NCBI GenBank assembly: GCA_030748535.1
Contig: JASMLU010000001.1
Location: 151,087-215,086 of the forward strand
DNA: 64,000 bases
Origin: Candidatus Krumholzibacteriia bacterium
GTDB taxonomy: Bacteria > Krumholzibacteriota > Krumholzibacteriia > JACNKJ01
Direction of reading: 5' to 3'
In this document: positions 51,467 through 60,740 of the stretch, piece by piece
How positions within the stretch are numbered: position 1 is the first letter of the stretch
How the letters are laid out: each line of letters opens with the position of its first letter
The notes under the pieces: generated by a model
Told to the model about the DNA's origin: nothing
Databases searched by the model: none
The model's input: only the letters and a program-made list of their open reading frames with translations
Translations under genes and position numbers: made by a program

Positions 51467-53288
51467 TTCCCTCCTTCAGACTTTCGATCACCTGTCTGGC
51501 GAGGGCTTCCCCGAAACCGGGAACCTGCATTAACTCATCCAGTGCGGCAGCGCGAATCCTGCGAAGATCCTTGAAGTGCTTCAGAAGAGCATCCCGCCGT
51601 GCAGGGCCAAGACCGGGAATGGAGTCCAGTTCCGAGGAGAGACTCCGTTTCCCACGCCTCTTGCGATGGAACTCCACTGCGAAACGATGGGACTCATTGC
51701 GTACCTGTTGCAGTAGCTTCAAAGCAGCGGAAGAAGGAGGGAGAATCAGCGGACTCTCAGGACGCTCAGCCTGATAGACCGTTTCCTCCTTCTTGGCCAG
51801 GGAAATCAAGGTCTGGCCCTCTACTTCAAGTTCTTCAAGAGCCGAGAAAGCCGAGGACAGTTGACCCTTTCCTCCATCGATCAAAAGGAGATCGGGGAAG
51901 TCTTCCTTTCTTTCCTTCAAAGCCCGGTAGCGGCGAAGTACAACTTCGCGAATCGACGCAAAGTCATCCTGGCCTGTGCCGGTGCGAATCCGGAAATGCC
52001 GATACTGGGATCTCTGCGGGACTCCGTCTCGATATCTGACAAGCGAAGCTACCAGCTCCACATCTCCTGTATTGGAAATGTCAATCCCGTCAATGAGTCG
52101 GGGCAAGAAGGGGATCTGAAGGACATCCCGAAGTTCGAAGATTTCCGGAGGCACCTTGCCGGCCCTGCCCGGACCGGTCATCAGTAGCTCGTCGAGTTTC
52201 GTGCGGGCATTGTCCTCGGCCATGAGAAGAAGGGACTTCCCGAGGCCCCGCAGTGGAACCCGTACCTTGACTCTTTGCTCAAAGCGCAGCTCTAACCAGG
52301 ACTCAAGAAGCGGAGCTTCCTCCAGATGATGGGGAATCAGGATCTCGCCCGGGCACTGAAGAACCCTGTCGTAGAATTGCTTGAGGAATGCAAGAAGCAC
52401 TTCATCGTCAGACTCTTCCAGACTGTTCCGGAAGGTAAAAGTCTCACTGGCCATCAACTTCCCGGACCGGATTCGCATCAGGACGAGACAGGACTCCCTT
52501 CCATCCCGGGCCATTGCGATGGCATCCCGATCCCCTCCCCCATAGATCTCTGCCCGCTGATGACGCCTCATCTTCTCCAAGCCGTCGAGAGTGTCCCGAT
52601 GTCTTGCGGCCTCTTCATAGCGAAGTTCCTCTGAAGACGACTCCATCTTGCCTCGAGTTTCCTCAATGAGATGCTCCACCTTTCCAGACAGACAGAGAAT
52701 CACCCGATCCACATCAGCGCGATAGTGATCCACCGACTGGCGACCTGTACAGGGCGCCTTGCAACGGTCTATGTGGTAGTAAAGGCATTCCCGGTCGAGG
52801 CTCTGGAAACGGACATCCCCGGGACAGTCACGAATCGGGAAGAGACTCTTCAGGATTCTCAGCGTGGCTTTCAGGCTTCCGAGATCCGTATAGGGTCCGA
52901 AGTAGCGGCTCCTCTTTTCATCGATTGAGCGTGTCAGGAAAACCCGAGGCAGTTCCTCTTCCAGACTGACCCGCACATAGGGATAGCTCTTGTCGTCCTT
53001 GAGGCGAATGTTGTAGGGAGGAGAATGTTCCTTGATGAAGTTGTTCTCTGCGAGCAGGGCTTCCAGGTCATTTTCGAAGACGAGGTAATCGATGTCTGCG
53101 ATCTTCCTCACCAGAAGTCGAATCCGATGCGGGGTCTGAGCCCTGGAGAAATAGGAGGCCACTCTGCTGGACAGCTTGCGAGCCTTGCCGACATAGAGGA
53201 TCTTGCCGCTGGAGTCCTTGAAAAAGTAAACCCCGGGGGAAGGCGGAATGCGCCGCAGCTTTTCTGAAAGACGGGCCGGGAGTGTCAA
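51456..53288 (-). CDS. uvrC: excinuclease ABC subunit C
   Basis: GIY-YIG N-terminus (PGVYFFKD...ILYVGKA), UVR domain, C-terminal HhH. TTG start 7 nt after AAGGAG. Confidence 0.92.
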   Translation of the reverse strand: MTLPARLSEKLRRIPPSPGVYFFKDSSGKILYVGKARKLSSRVASYFSRAQTPHRIRLLVRKIADIDYLVFENDLEALLAENNFIKEHSPPYNIRLKDDKSYPYVRVSLEEELPRVFLTRSIDEKRSRYFGPYTDLGSLKATLRILKSLFPIRDCPGDVRFQSLDRECLYYHIDRCKAPCTGRQSVDHYRADVDRVILCLSGKVEHLIEETRGKMESSSEELRYEEAARHRDTLDGLEKMRRHQRAEIYGGGDRDAIAMARDGRESCLVLMRIRSGKLMASETFTFRNSLEESDDEVLLAFLKQFYDRVLQCPGEILIPHHLEEAPLLESWLELRFEQRVKVRVPLRGLGKSLLLMAEDNARTKLDELLMTGPGRAGKVPPEIFELRDVLQIPFLPRLIDGIDISNTGDVELVASLVRYRDGVPQRSQYRHFRIRTGTGQDDFASIREVVLRRYRALKERKEDFPDLLLIDGGKGQLSSAFSALEELEVEGQTLISLAKKEETVYQAERPESPLILPPSSAALKLLQQVRNESHRFAVEFHRKRRGKRSLSSELDSIPGLGPARRDALLKHFKDLRRIRAAALDELMQVPGFGEALARQVIESLKEGNET

Positions 53289-53306
53289 CAGCGACTCCTT
53301 TTCCCG

Positions 53307-53335
53307 AGACTAGGACGGAACTCCCACATTGACAA
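53307..53335 (-). promoter_or_regulatory. candidate promoter TTGTCA-N17-TAGTCT for uvrC
   Basis: Read on the minus strand in the uvrC/rpsT divergent region. Confidence 0.4.
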
Positions 53336-53349
53336 GAGCTTTGCCCCCC

Positions 53350-53378
53350 TTGACAGTCTCGAGACCTCTTGCTAACTT
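53350..53378 (+). promoter_or_regulatory. consensus-like promoter TTGACA-N17-TAACTT (cTTGC extended -10) for rpsT
   Basis: Perfect -35 with a 17-nt spacer. ~30-nt leader with AGGAG. Confidence 0.6.
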
Positions 53379-53410
53379 GCCGTTTCCAAGCGATATCAGG
53401 AGATAAAGGA

Positions 53411-53665
53411 ATGCCTCATCACAAGTCATGTAAGAAGAGACTGAAGACCAGTAACAAGAAGCGCCTCTACAATCGCGCTTACAAGACCGAGTTACGCCAC
53501 AAGGTTCGTGATTTCCGTGCTCTGATGGATGCGGAACAGGCCACCGGCGAACTCCCCGGTCTTGTCTCCATGCTTGATCGCCTGTGCAAGAAAGGGATCC
53601 TGAAGAAGGAGACCGCAAGCAGGCTCAAGAGTCGCCTCTATTCCCATTGCAATTCTCTGGGCTAG
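53411..53665 (+). CDS. rpsT: 30S ribosomal protein S20
   Basis: MPHHKSCKKRLKTSNKKRLYNRAYKT... basic 84-aa protein typical of S20. ATG 53411 after AGGAGATAAAGGA. Confidence 0.9.
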   Translation: MPHHKSCKKRLKTSNKKRLYNRAYKTELRHKVRDFRALMDAEQATGELPGLVSMLDRLCKKGILKKETASRLKSRLYSHCNSLG

Positions 53666-53681
53666 AGAACTCTTCCGATTT

Positions 53682-54233
53682 CTACTCCCCCTTCGGGGGT
53701 TTTTTTTTGTCCAGTAATTCCTCCAGCAGGCCCGAAGTCAGGGGATGCTTCGCCGCAGCGGAGTCTCTCATCCCCTCCAGAAACAACTCGGCACCCTGAT
53801 TCCCCGCCTCCCGGTATCGCAGGGCCTGAAAGGCAAACTCCAGAGCATCAATCGCATGAACCAGCGATGCTTCCGGACTCTCTCCTTTCATGAGTTCCTC
53901 CAGAACCTCCCGTCCCTTTCCAGGAAGTCCTTCCCACTGGGAATTCTGAATCGCTTCTTCTGCTTCCAGAACCCTCTCCAGCCCGAGCCACTTCTTGAAG
54001 GGTGTGGGAATGTCGCCCAGCTTTGCTTCATGGAAATCATGAAGCAGTCCCATCAGGAGAGCTTTCCCTGAATCCAGCCCCTCTCTCTCGGCAATTTGCC
54101 AGGCAAGGAGCCCGACAGCAAAGCTGTGATCCGCCACGGATTCGGGTCTCTCTATGCCAATGCGAAACCAGCCACTGCGAGGGCATCTTTTGAGATCCAG
54201 AAGATCATGGACCCATTCATCGAAGTTCTTCAT
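53682..54233 (-). CDS. HD-domain phosphohydrolase (YfbR-like 5'-nucleotidase family)
   Basis: RSGW...ESVADHSF...LLHDFHEAKLGD metal-binding pattern. Start set at ATG 54233 (MKNFDEW). Confidence 0.7.
   Translation of the reverse strand: MKNFDEWVHDLLDLKRCPRSGWFRIGIERPESVADHSFAVGLLAWQIAEREGLDSGKALLMGLLHDFHEAKLGDIPTPFKKWLGLERVLEAEEAIQNSQWEGLPGKGREVLEELMKGESPEASLVHAIDALEFAFQALRYREAGNQGAELFLEGMRDSAAAKHPLTSGLLEELLDKKKPPKGE
53687..53708 (+). terminator. intrinsic terminator of rpsT
   Basis: CCCCC-ttc-GGGGG followed by T9. Lies inside the last codons of the convergent HD-domain gene. Confidence 0.8.
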
Positions 54234-55371
54234 GTTCCTCTTCCCCGGCCTCTTCTGTGGAATCCACTGCCGTCTCCGTAGTCTCATTCATGAAAGGAAA
54301 TGTAAGGGTGGGAAGAGTCAGGGTTCCCCCCGGTTCAAGATACAGGGGACCGGACTCCAGCCAGGCAGGATCACCGGAAGCATCCCAGAGCGAATCTCCT
54401 CCCAGATCCTTGTACAAAAAGAGCGCCCAGTTTCCGGGAAGCACCCTTCGAAACTCAAAATCCCCCATCTCTCTCAGGGCAAGAGTCAGGGTGTCAGGGG
54501 GAGTTTGAAGAGTCTGCCGGAGTTTCTCAGACCAAAGGGAAGCATCCTTGTCCGGGATGGAATCCTCTTCCATGCGAAGGGAATCCGGAAAGAGACGCAG
54601 GAAGTAGAGACCCGGCAGTGTATCGAGACAGGCAAAGCGTCCGCTGATCTTCCCGGGCTCGTTGGGGTCGATTACATTCAGGCGAAAACCGAATTTCCGG
54701 GGTTCCTCGGGGAGAAGGAAGAGAGAGTCCTGAAGAGAATCCGCAAAGTCCACTTCGGGTTGATAGAGGCTGTCACCATCGACATCCTCAAAGGCGAAGA
54801 GAAGCAGCTCTCTTCCATCGACCGGAAGGTGTCTGAAGAGAAAGTCGCCGCGGGGAGCTACCTGAAAGCGATGGAGTTCCCCTTCCTTGTCCCGGAGAAT
54901 CACCTTCATGTTCCGGGAACTCTTTCCCTTGAAACTCACCTGCCCCCCCAGCCATCCGGGCAGGAGATCCTGCCCCGTGGAAAAGTGGAAGACCTGCCAT
55001 TCTCCCTGGACTCGGGCATTGCGATCCTTCCAGCCCGGCTTCAGGTAGATCGCCACCGTGCTGTCCTCCGGGAAGGAATCCCAGAGCTGAACCTGGAGTA
55101 AGGTGTCTCCCTCCCAGTGCAGGGAACGAAAGAGCCGGGGAGGGTCTGACTCCAGAGCTTCCTCCACCGAGAGCGGGTCAACCGGCTCACTGAAGAGTAG
55201 TTCATAATCCGCAATCAGGCCCTGCATTCGACTCTCATTCTCCGGGCTGCTTCTCAAGAGAACGGGGGAAGTTTCGTCCACCGGTCCCCCCGGAGGAGGT
55301 TCCATCTGCGCGCAAGCGGCAAGAGCAGCAAGAAACGCGAGGAAGAGAATCGACAGGATTTGCTTCATCAC
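54217..55371 (-). CDS. lipoprotein with Ig-like N-terminal region, function unknown
   Basis: Lipobox LAAC, followed by DETSPVLLRSSPEN (SbsA-Ig-like start). Confidence 0.5.
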   Translation of the reverse strand: MMKQILSILFLAFLAALAACAQMEPPPGGPVDETSPVLLRSSPENESRMQGLIADYELLFSEPVDPLSVEEALESDPPRLFRSLHWEGDTLLQVQLWDSFPEDSTVAIYLKPGWKDRNARVQGEWQVFHFSTGQDLLPGWLGGQVSFKGKSSRNMKVILRDKEGELHRFQVAPRGDFLFRHLPVDGRELLLFAFEDVDGDSLYQPEVDFADSLQDSLFLLPEEPRKFGFRLNVIDPNEPGKISGRFACLDTLPGLYFLRLFPDSLRMEEDSIPDKDASLWSEKLRQTLQTPPDTLTLALREMGDFEFRRVLPGNWALFLYKDLGGDSLWDASGDPAWLESGPLYLEPGGTLTLPTLTFPFMNETTETAVDSTEEAGEEEHEELR

Positions 55372-56294
55372 ATAACCAGAGTCAGGATGGCTCTTTGTGC
55401 GTGGAGACGGTTTTCTGCTTCGTCAAAGACCACCGACCGGGGACCGTCGAGAACTTCATCCGTAATCTCATCGCCCCGGTGAGCCGGCAGACAATGCATT
55501 ACAATCGTGTCCTTTTTTCCGGTTTTTTCTAGCAGGGACTGATTCACCTGATAGGGAGCAAAGACGGCTTTTCTCGCTTCCGTCTCCTCTTCCTGCCCCA
55601 TGCTGGCCCAAACATCCGTGTAAATCACATCGGCACCATCCACGGCCCTTGCAGGGTCCAGAATGTTCTCATAGCGCAGGGAAGGCTGAATCTTGCGCGC
55701 ATTGTCCAGAACCTCCTGACTGGGTTCATATCCTGATGGATTGGAGATCACCAACTCGAAAGGAAAGCGTGCAGCCGCATGAATCCAGCTGTTCGCCATG
55801 TTGTTTCCATCTCCCAGGTAGACCACCCGCAGGTTTTCCAAAGTTCCCTTGTGCTCCAGAATCGTCTGCAAATCCGCCATGACCTGGCAGGGATGCAGGA
55901 GATCCGTCAGACCATTGATTACGGGAATGTGCGTTGCGTTTCTGGCAAGAGAAAGAGCCTGCTCATGGGCAAAGGTTCGAATCATGATTCCATCCACATA
56001 GCGTTCCATAACCCGGGCAACATCCTGGGGAGCTTCGCGACTGCCGAGACCAATCTCACGATCCGTAATGTAAAGGCTCAGCCCCCCCAGTTGCGTAATG
56101 GCAACTTCAAAACTCACACGAGTGCGCAGGCTGGGCTTGTGAAAGATCAGGGCCAGCGTCTTTCCGGCCTTCAGTGAACTCAGGTCTTCTCCCGCTTTCA
56201 GCTTTCGCTTCTGTTCCATAGCCAGTTCGAGAACATGGCTCAACTCATCGCTTCCCCAGTCTGCAATAGACAGAAAGTCCTTCGGGAATGTCAT
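55368..56294 (-). CDS. argF: ornithine carbamoyltransferase
   Basis: SLRTR, HPCQ, DVWASMG, HCLPA motifs; 308 aa. Confidence 0.88.
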   Translation of the reverse strand: MTFPKDFLSIADWGSDELSHVLELAMEQKRKLKAGEDLSSLKAGKTLALIFHKPSLRTRVSFEVAITQLGGLSLYITDREIGLGSREAPQDVARVMERYVDGIMIRTFAHEQALSLARNATHIPVINGLTDLLHPCQVMADLQTILEHKGTLENLRVVYLGDGNNMANSWIHAAARFPFELVISNPSGYEPSQEVLDNARKIQPSLRYENILDPARAVDGADVIYTDVWASMGQEEETEARKAVFAPYQVNQSLLEKTGKKDTIVMHCLPAHRGDEITDEVLDGPRSVVFDEAENRLHAQRAILTLVM

Positions 56295-56305
56295 GCTTCC
56301 TCTTT

Positions 56306-57190
56306 CTAGGCTCGTGGGTGGGCCCGTCGATGGGTCTCTTTCAGTTTCTTCATGCTCAAATGGGTGTAGACTTGAGTGCTACTCAGGCTCGCATGGCCCA
56401 GTAGTTCCTGGATGGCCCTCAGGTCTGCGCCCCTGTCCAGAAGATGGGTGGCAAAACTGTGGCGAAGGACGTGAGGGCTCACCCTGTCCAGAGCTGCCGC
56501 TTGACCGAGGTAACGAGAAACAACTCGCTGAACAGTACGGGCACTGAGGATCCCCTTTCGCCCGGGGAAGAGCGGGGAAGAGGACTCCTGAACTCCGAGT
56601 GAATCCCGCCAACGTCGTGCCAGCCTACTGGCTTCTCCCTGCAGGGGAAGGATCCTCTCCCGATTGCCCTTTCCCAGCACCCGGAGGCTGGCGTTCTGCA
56701 GGTCCAGATCTCCCAGGGTGATGCCCAGCAATTCACTCAGCCGAATGCCAGTTCCATAAAGCAGTTCCAGAATGCAGCGGTCCCTGAGTCCTCGCGCATT
56801 GCCAGTGTCCGGAAGCGCCATCATTCGATGGATGCGCGCCTCTTCTGCAGCGACAGGCAGCTTCTTCCGGGTCTTGGGAGGATCAAGCAAAGCAGCCGGA
56901 TTTGCCTCAAGAAGATGACTTTGCCGGAGGAACCGATAGAAGGAACGAAGGGAAGACAATTTGCGTGCCAGGCTTCTGTCGCCAAGAGCCTTGCCCCCCA
57001 GCTCTCCCCTGCGAAGAAGGGACAGGTAGCGACGCATCAGGTTTCTGTCCAGATCCAGAGTTTCCAGTTCCCCGGCCCAGTCCAGAAACTCCAGAAACTG
57101 CCGAACATCGCGGGCATAAGCGTCCACGGTTCGGGGAGAAAAGGATTTTTCCACCCCAAGATAATCCCTGTATTTTTGAAGAATCTTCAT
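56306..57190 (-). CDS. xerC: tyrosine recombinase XerC-like
   Basis: RHSFATHLL, LGHASLSSTQVYTH, HPRA. Sits after topA-trmFO, as codV does in Bacillus. Confidence 0.75.
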   Translation of the reverse strand: MKILQKYRDYLGVEKSFSPRTVDAYARDVRQFLEFLDWAGELETLDLDRNLMRRYLSLLRRGELGGKALGDRSLARKLSSLRSFYRFLRQSHLLEANPAALLDPPKTRKKLPVAAEEARIHRMMALPDTGNARGLRDRCILELLYGTGIRLSELLGITLGDLDLQNASLRVLGKGNRERILPLQGEASRLARRWRDSLGVQESSSPLFPGRKGILSARTVQRVVSRYLGQAAALDRVSPHVLRHSFATHLLDRGADLRAIQELLGHASLSSTQVYTHLSMKKLKETHRRAHPRA

Positions 57191-57233
57191 CTCGGGCGGA
57201 ATTTAGCAGAGGGTTCGAAGGATCGCAAGTCAA

Positions 57234-58538
57234 TCAGCGAGACTTCAGCCAGGCCTCAAGCGCCTCCAGACTTCTCTCGCAATAGGCTGCTTTTCGGGCG
57301 GATTTCTTGCCCACTCTCTTCTCGAGGCCAGGCAGGAGACCGAAGTTCACATTCATGGGCTGGCTCTTGCCCGCCTCCTGGCCCACAAGGAAGGCCAGAA
57401 GAGAGGCCGTCAGCGTCTCTCGGGGAGGAAGCGCTGCTTTGCGACCCTCCATGCGATCGGCAATATGCCGGGCTGCCAGAAGTCCGCTACCCATGGATTC
57501 CACATAGCCTTCCACTCCGGTAATCTGGCCCGCGAAAAAGAGCCCCTTCCTTCTGAAGCTCTCCTGAAAGGGACTGAGAGTACTCGGGAAGTCGAGAAAG
57601 AAATTCCGGTGCATGGCTCCATAGCGAAGGAATTCCGCATTGCGAAGGGCGGGGATCATCCGAAAGATCCGATCCTGTTCCCCTTGCTTCAGCTTGGTCT
57701 GGCATCCCACCAGTCCCCAGACGCTGCCTTCCAGGTTTTCCCGCCTAAGTTGCAGAACTGCCCAGGGACGCTCTCCCGTCCTTGGATCAATAAGACCCAC
57801 GGGGCGGAAGGCCCCGTGCCGAAGGGTGTCATTCCCCCTGGAAGCAATCTCTTCTACGGGAAGGCAGGACTCGAAGAAGGGAACTCCCTTCTCAAAGGAG
57901 CGGGAAGGAAAGGTGTCCGCATCCAGTAGAGCCTGAATCAGGGCCTCGTATTCGCCAGCGTTCAAGCCTGCGTTCAGGTAGTCGGGATCGCCCTTCCCAT
58001 AGCGACTGGCCTCAAAGAGAAACTCGTCATCAAGGCTGTCGCGGGAAACGCTCGGGGCGATGGCGTCATAGAAACTGAGACGATCTTCCCCAAAGTGCTT
58101 TTCGATGGACACGGAGAGGGCTTCGGAGCTGAGAGGGCCAGAGGCCATCACGACCCATTCGCCCGAAGGGATTTCCACGGCTTCTTCTGAAACCACTAGC
58201 ACCCCTGCCTCCGAAACGGCACGGCTGACATTCTCGGAGAATACCCGGGGATCCACCGCCAGCGCCCCTCCCGCAGGAAGAGAACAGTCTTCAGCGATGG
58301 GAAGAAGCTGGCTCCCGAGAAGGCGAAGTTCCTCCTTGAAGAGACCGGAGGCCGTATCAGGAAGCCGGGATTTGAGAGAGTTGCTACAGACGAGTTCCGC
58401 AAGACCAGGCAAGCGGTGAGCCGGAGAGTGTTTCTCCGGCTTCATTTCCATCAGACGAACGGGGATCCCGCGGGACGACAAGTACAGTGCGGCCTCTGCT
58501 CCGGCCAATCCACCGCCGACAATCAGGACTTCCTTCAT
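57234..58538 (-). CDS. trmFO: methylenetetrahydrofolate--tRNA-(uracil-5-)-methyltransferase TrmFO
   Basis: VGGGLAGAEAA FAD motif, LVCSNSLK, GQITGVEGYVES. Confidence 0.9.
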   Translation of the reverse strand: MKEVLIVGGGLAGAEAALYLSSRGIPVRLMEMKPEKHSPAHRLPGLAELVCSNSLKSRLPDTASGLFKEELRLLGSQLLPIAEDCSLPAGGALAVDPRVFSENVSRAVSEAGVLVVSEEAVEIPSGEWVVMASGPLSSEALSVSIEKHFGEDRLSFYDAIAPSVSRDSLDDEFLFEASRYGKGDPDYLNAGLNAGEYEALIQALLDADTFPSRSFEKGVPFFESCLPVEEIASRGNDTLRHGAFRPVGLIDPRTGERPWAVLQLRRENLEGSVWGLVGCQTKLKQGEQDRIFRMIPALRNAEFLRYGAMHRNFFLDFPSTLSPFQESFRRKGLFFAGQITGVEGYVESMGSGLLAARHIADRMEGRKAALPPRETLTASLLAFLVGQEAGKSQPMNVNFGLLPGLEKRVGKKSARKAAYCERSLEALEAWLKSR

Positions 58539-60734
58539 CTAATAGGGAATCTCGAGTTTGCAAACCGTGCACTGGCGGAAGTTGCCCTTGGCCTTGCTGC
58601 TCTTCTCCACCACCATGCTTTCACAGTCGGGACAGGGTTCGGGGACCGGGCGGTTCCAACTGGCATAATCGCACTCCGGATATTTATTGCAACCGAAGAA
58701 GATTCTCCCCCGCTTGCTTCTCTTCTCCACGATCTGCCCGCCCTTGCACTCTTCCCGAGGACAGGGAACTCCGATTTCCAGAGAAGACGTTCCCTTGCAA
58801 TCGGGATAGCGTTCGCAAGCGGCAAATCGTCCGAAGCGTCCCCGCCGGATAAACATGCCGGAGTCGCATTCCGGGCACTTCTGGTCACCGGCAGGATCCG
58901 GGTCCTCAATCGGACGGGAAAACTTGCAGTCCGGCCATTTGCTGCAAGCAAGGAAACGACCGTTTCTGCCCCAGGTCTTGAGCATGGGGCTCTGGCATTT
59001 CTCGCATTCAATCTCTGTCATCTCACGAAGATCGGCCCGAATTTCTTCAATGCGTTCCTCGACACCCTCAATCGAATTCTTCAGAGGGGTATAGAGATGC
59101 TCGACCACCTCGGTCCAGGGCTCTTCGCCCACTTCCACCTTGTCGAGTTCCTCTTCCATGGAAGCAGTAAATCCTACTTCAAAGAGGGTCGGAAATCCCC
59201 GATCAAGGAAGGTCCAGACACTGCTGCCCAATTCGGTGGGAAAGAAGCGTCGGTTGTCGTCAAGAGCGAGATAGTCCCGGCTCTGAATGGTACTCACGAT
59301 GGTCGCATAGGTGCTGGGACGGCCGATTCCCTTCTCTTCCAGTTCCTTGATCAGGGAGGCCTCCGAGTAGCGGGGACTCGGCTCGGTGAAGTGCTGCTTC
59401 GGATGGAGTTTCTCGAGGTCGAGAAGATCTCCCTCCTTCATCTCTGGCAGGAGTTTCTCCTGATCTTTGCCCGTGGATACCCTTCGGAAACCATCAAACA
59501 CGAGCCGGTTTCCCGTCACGCGGAAGAGAGCCTTCCCGGCTTCGATGTCCACGCGAGTCGCTTCAAAACGGGCATCCGACATCAGGGAGGCCATGAAGCG
59601 ATTCCAGATCAGGGTGTAGACTGCAAGTTGCTCTTTGCTCAGCCGCGACTTGAGTGACTCCGGACTCCGTTCCGCGGAGGTCGGACGAATCGCCTCGTGG
59701 GCATCCTGAGCACTTTTCTTGCTCTTGAAATGGCGATCCTTGGACGGCAGATAATCCTTGCCGAAGTGCTGCTGCACATATTGGCGATGCTCTTCCCTTG
59801 CGCTGTCGGAAACACGGACAGAGTCGGTTCGCATGTAGGTGATCAGACCCTCGGCCCCTTCATCGCCGATCTCGATTCCTTCATAAAGCTGCTGGGCGAT
59901 GACCATGGTTCGTTTCGCATTGTAGCTGAGGCGGCTGCTTGCCTCTCTCTGGAGAGTACTCGTAATGTGAGGGGGTTCCGGAGAACGCTTCCTCTCCTTC
60001 TTCTCCACCTTGCTGATCTGGTAACTCTTGCCCTCAAGGTGGTCGAGAATCTCCTTCATCGAAGCTTCATCGGAGATTTCGGCTTTCTTCCCCTCCCACT
60101 GGTTCAGCTTCGATTCAAGAATCTCGCCGGAGGGTGCCTTGAGGTCAGCTTCGAGGCTCCAGTATTCAACGGGTATAAAGGCTTCCCTCTCCCGTTCCCT
60201 TTCCACAATCAATCGGAGAGCCACGCTCTGCACTCTGCCGGCGCTGAGTCCATAGTAGAAGACTTTCCAGAGAACCGGGCTGATCTGATAGCCCACCAAA
60301 CGGTCCAGCACACGGCGAGCCTGCTGGGCTTCCACCTTGTTCCTGTCCACGGCCACAGGATTCTGCACAGCTTTCTGAATAGCCTCTTTGGTAATCTCAT
60401 TCAGGAGGATACGATGGACTTCCGGCTGTACTGGCAGGAGTTGCTGGTAGAGGTGCCAGGCAATTGCCTCTCCCTCACGATCAGGGTCTGTTGCCAGAAG
60501 AACCCGATCCACAGACTTGGCCGCTTCCTTCAGTTCCTTGAGCACTTTCGCCTTGCCACGAATGGTCACGAACTGGGGCTCGAAGTTCTTTTCAAGGTCA
60601 ATTCCCAACTTGCTCTTGGGCAGGTCGATCACATGGCCCTTGCTCGCCAGGATCCGGAAATCCTTCTTCCCGAGCACCTTCTCGAAGGTTTTGGACTTTG
60701 TGGGGCTTTCAAGAATAATGAGGGTCTTCGCCAT
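58539..60734 (-). CDS. topA: DNA topoisomerase I
   Basis: Toprim N-terminus (LIILESPTKSKT), catalytic-domain blocks (YMRTDS), C-terminal CxxC zinc-ribbon repeats. Confidence 0.95.
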   Translation of the reverse strand: MAKTLIILESPTKSKTFEKVLGKKDFRILASKGHVIDLPKSKLGIDLEKNFEPQFVTIRGKAKVLKELKEAAKSVDRVLLATDPDREGEAIAWHLYQQLLPVQPEVHRILLNEITKEAIQKAVQNPVAVDRNKVEAQQARRVLDRLVGYQISPVLWKVFYYGLSAGRVQSVALRLIVEREREREAFIPVEYWSLEADLKAPSGEILESKLNQWEGKKAEISDEASMKEILDHLEGKSYQISKVEKKERKRSPEPPHITSTLQREASSRLSYNAKRTMVIAQQLYEGIEIGDEGAEGLITYMRTDSVRVSDSAREEHRQYVQQHFGKDYLPSKDRHFKSKKSAQDAHEAIRPTSAERSPESLKSRLSKEQLAVYTLIWNRFMASLMSDARFEATRVDIEAGKALFRVTGNRLVFDGFRRVSTGKDQEKLLPEMKEGDLLDLEKLHPKQHFTEPSPRYSEASLIKELEEKGIGRPSTYATIVSTIQSRDYLALDDNRRFFPTELGSSVWTFLDRGFPTLFEVGFTASMEEELDKVEVGEEPWTEVVEHLYTPLKNSIEGVEERIEEIRADLREMTEIECEKCQSPMLKTWGRNGRFLACSKWPDCKFSRPIEDPDPAGDQKCPECDSGMFIRRGRFGRFAACERYPDCKGTSSLEIGVPCPREECKGGQIVEKRSKRGRIFFGCNKYPECDYASWNRPVPEPCPDCESMVVEKSSKAKGNFRQCTVCKLEIPY

Positions 60735-60740
60735 CTTTCC

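Noticed and set aside
53329-53334. A first TTGACA upstream of rpsT on the plus strand.
   Set aside because: No TAnnnT lies at 16-18 nt on the plus strand. The same bases serve as the -35 (TTGTCA) of the divergent uvrC promoter on the minus strand.
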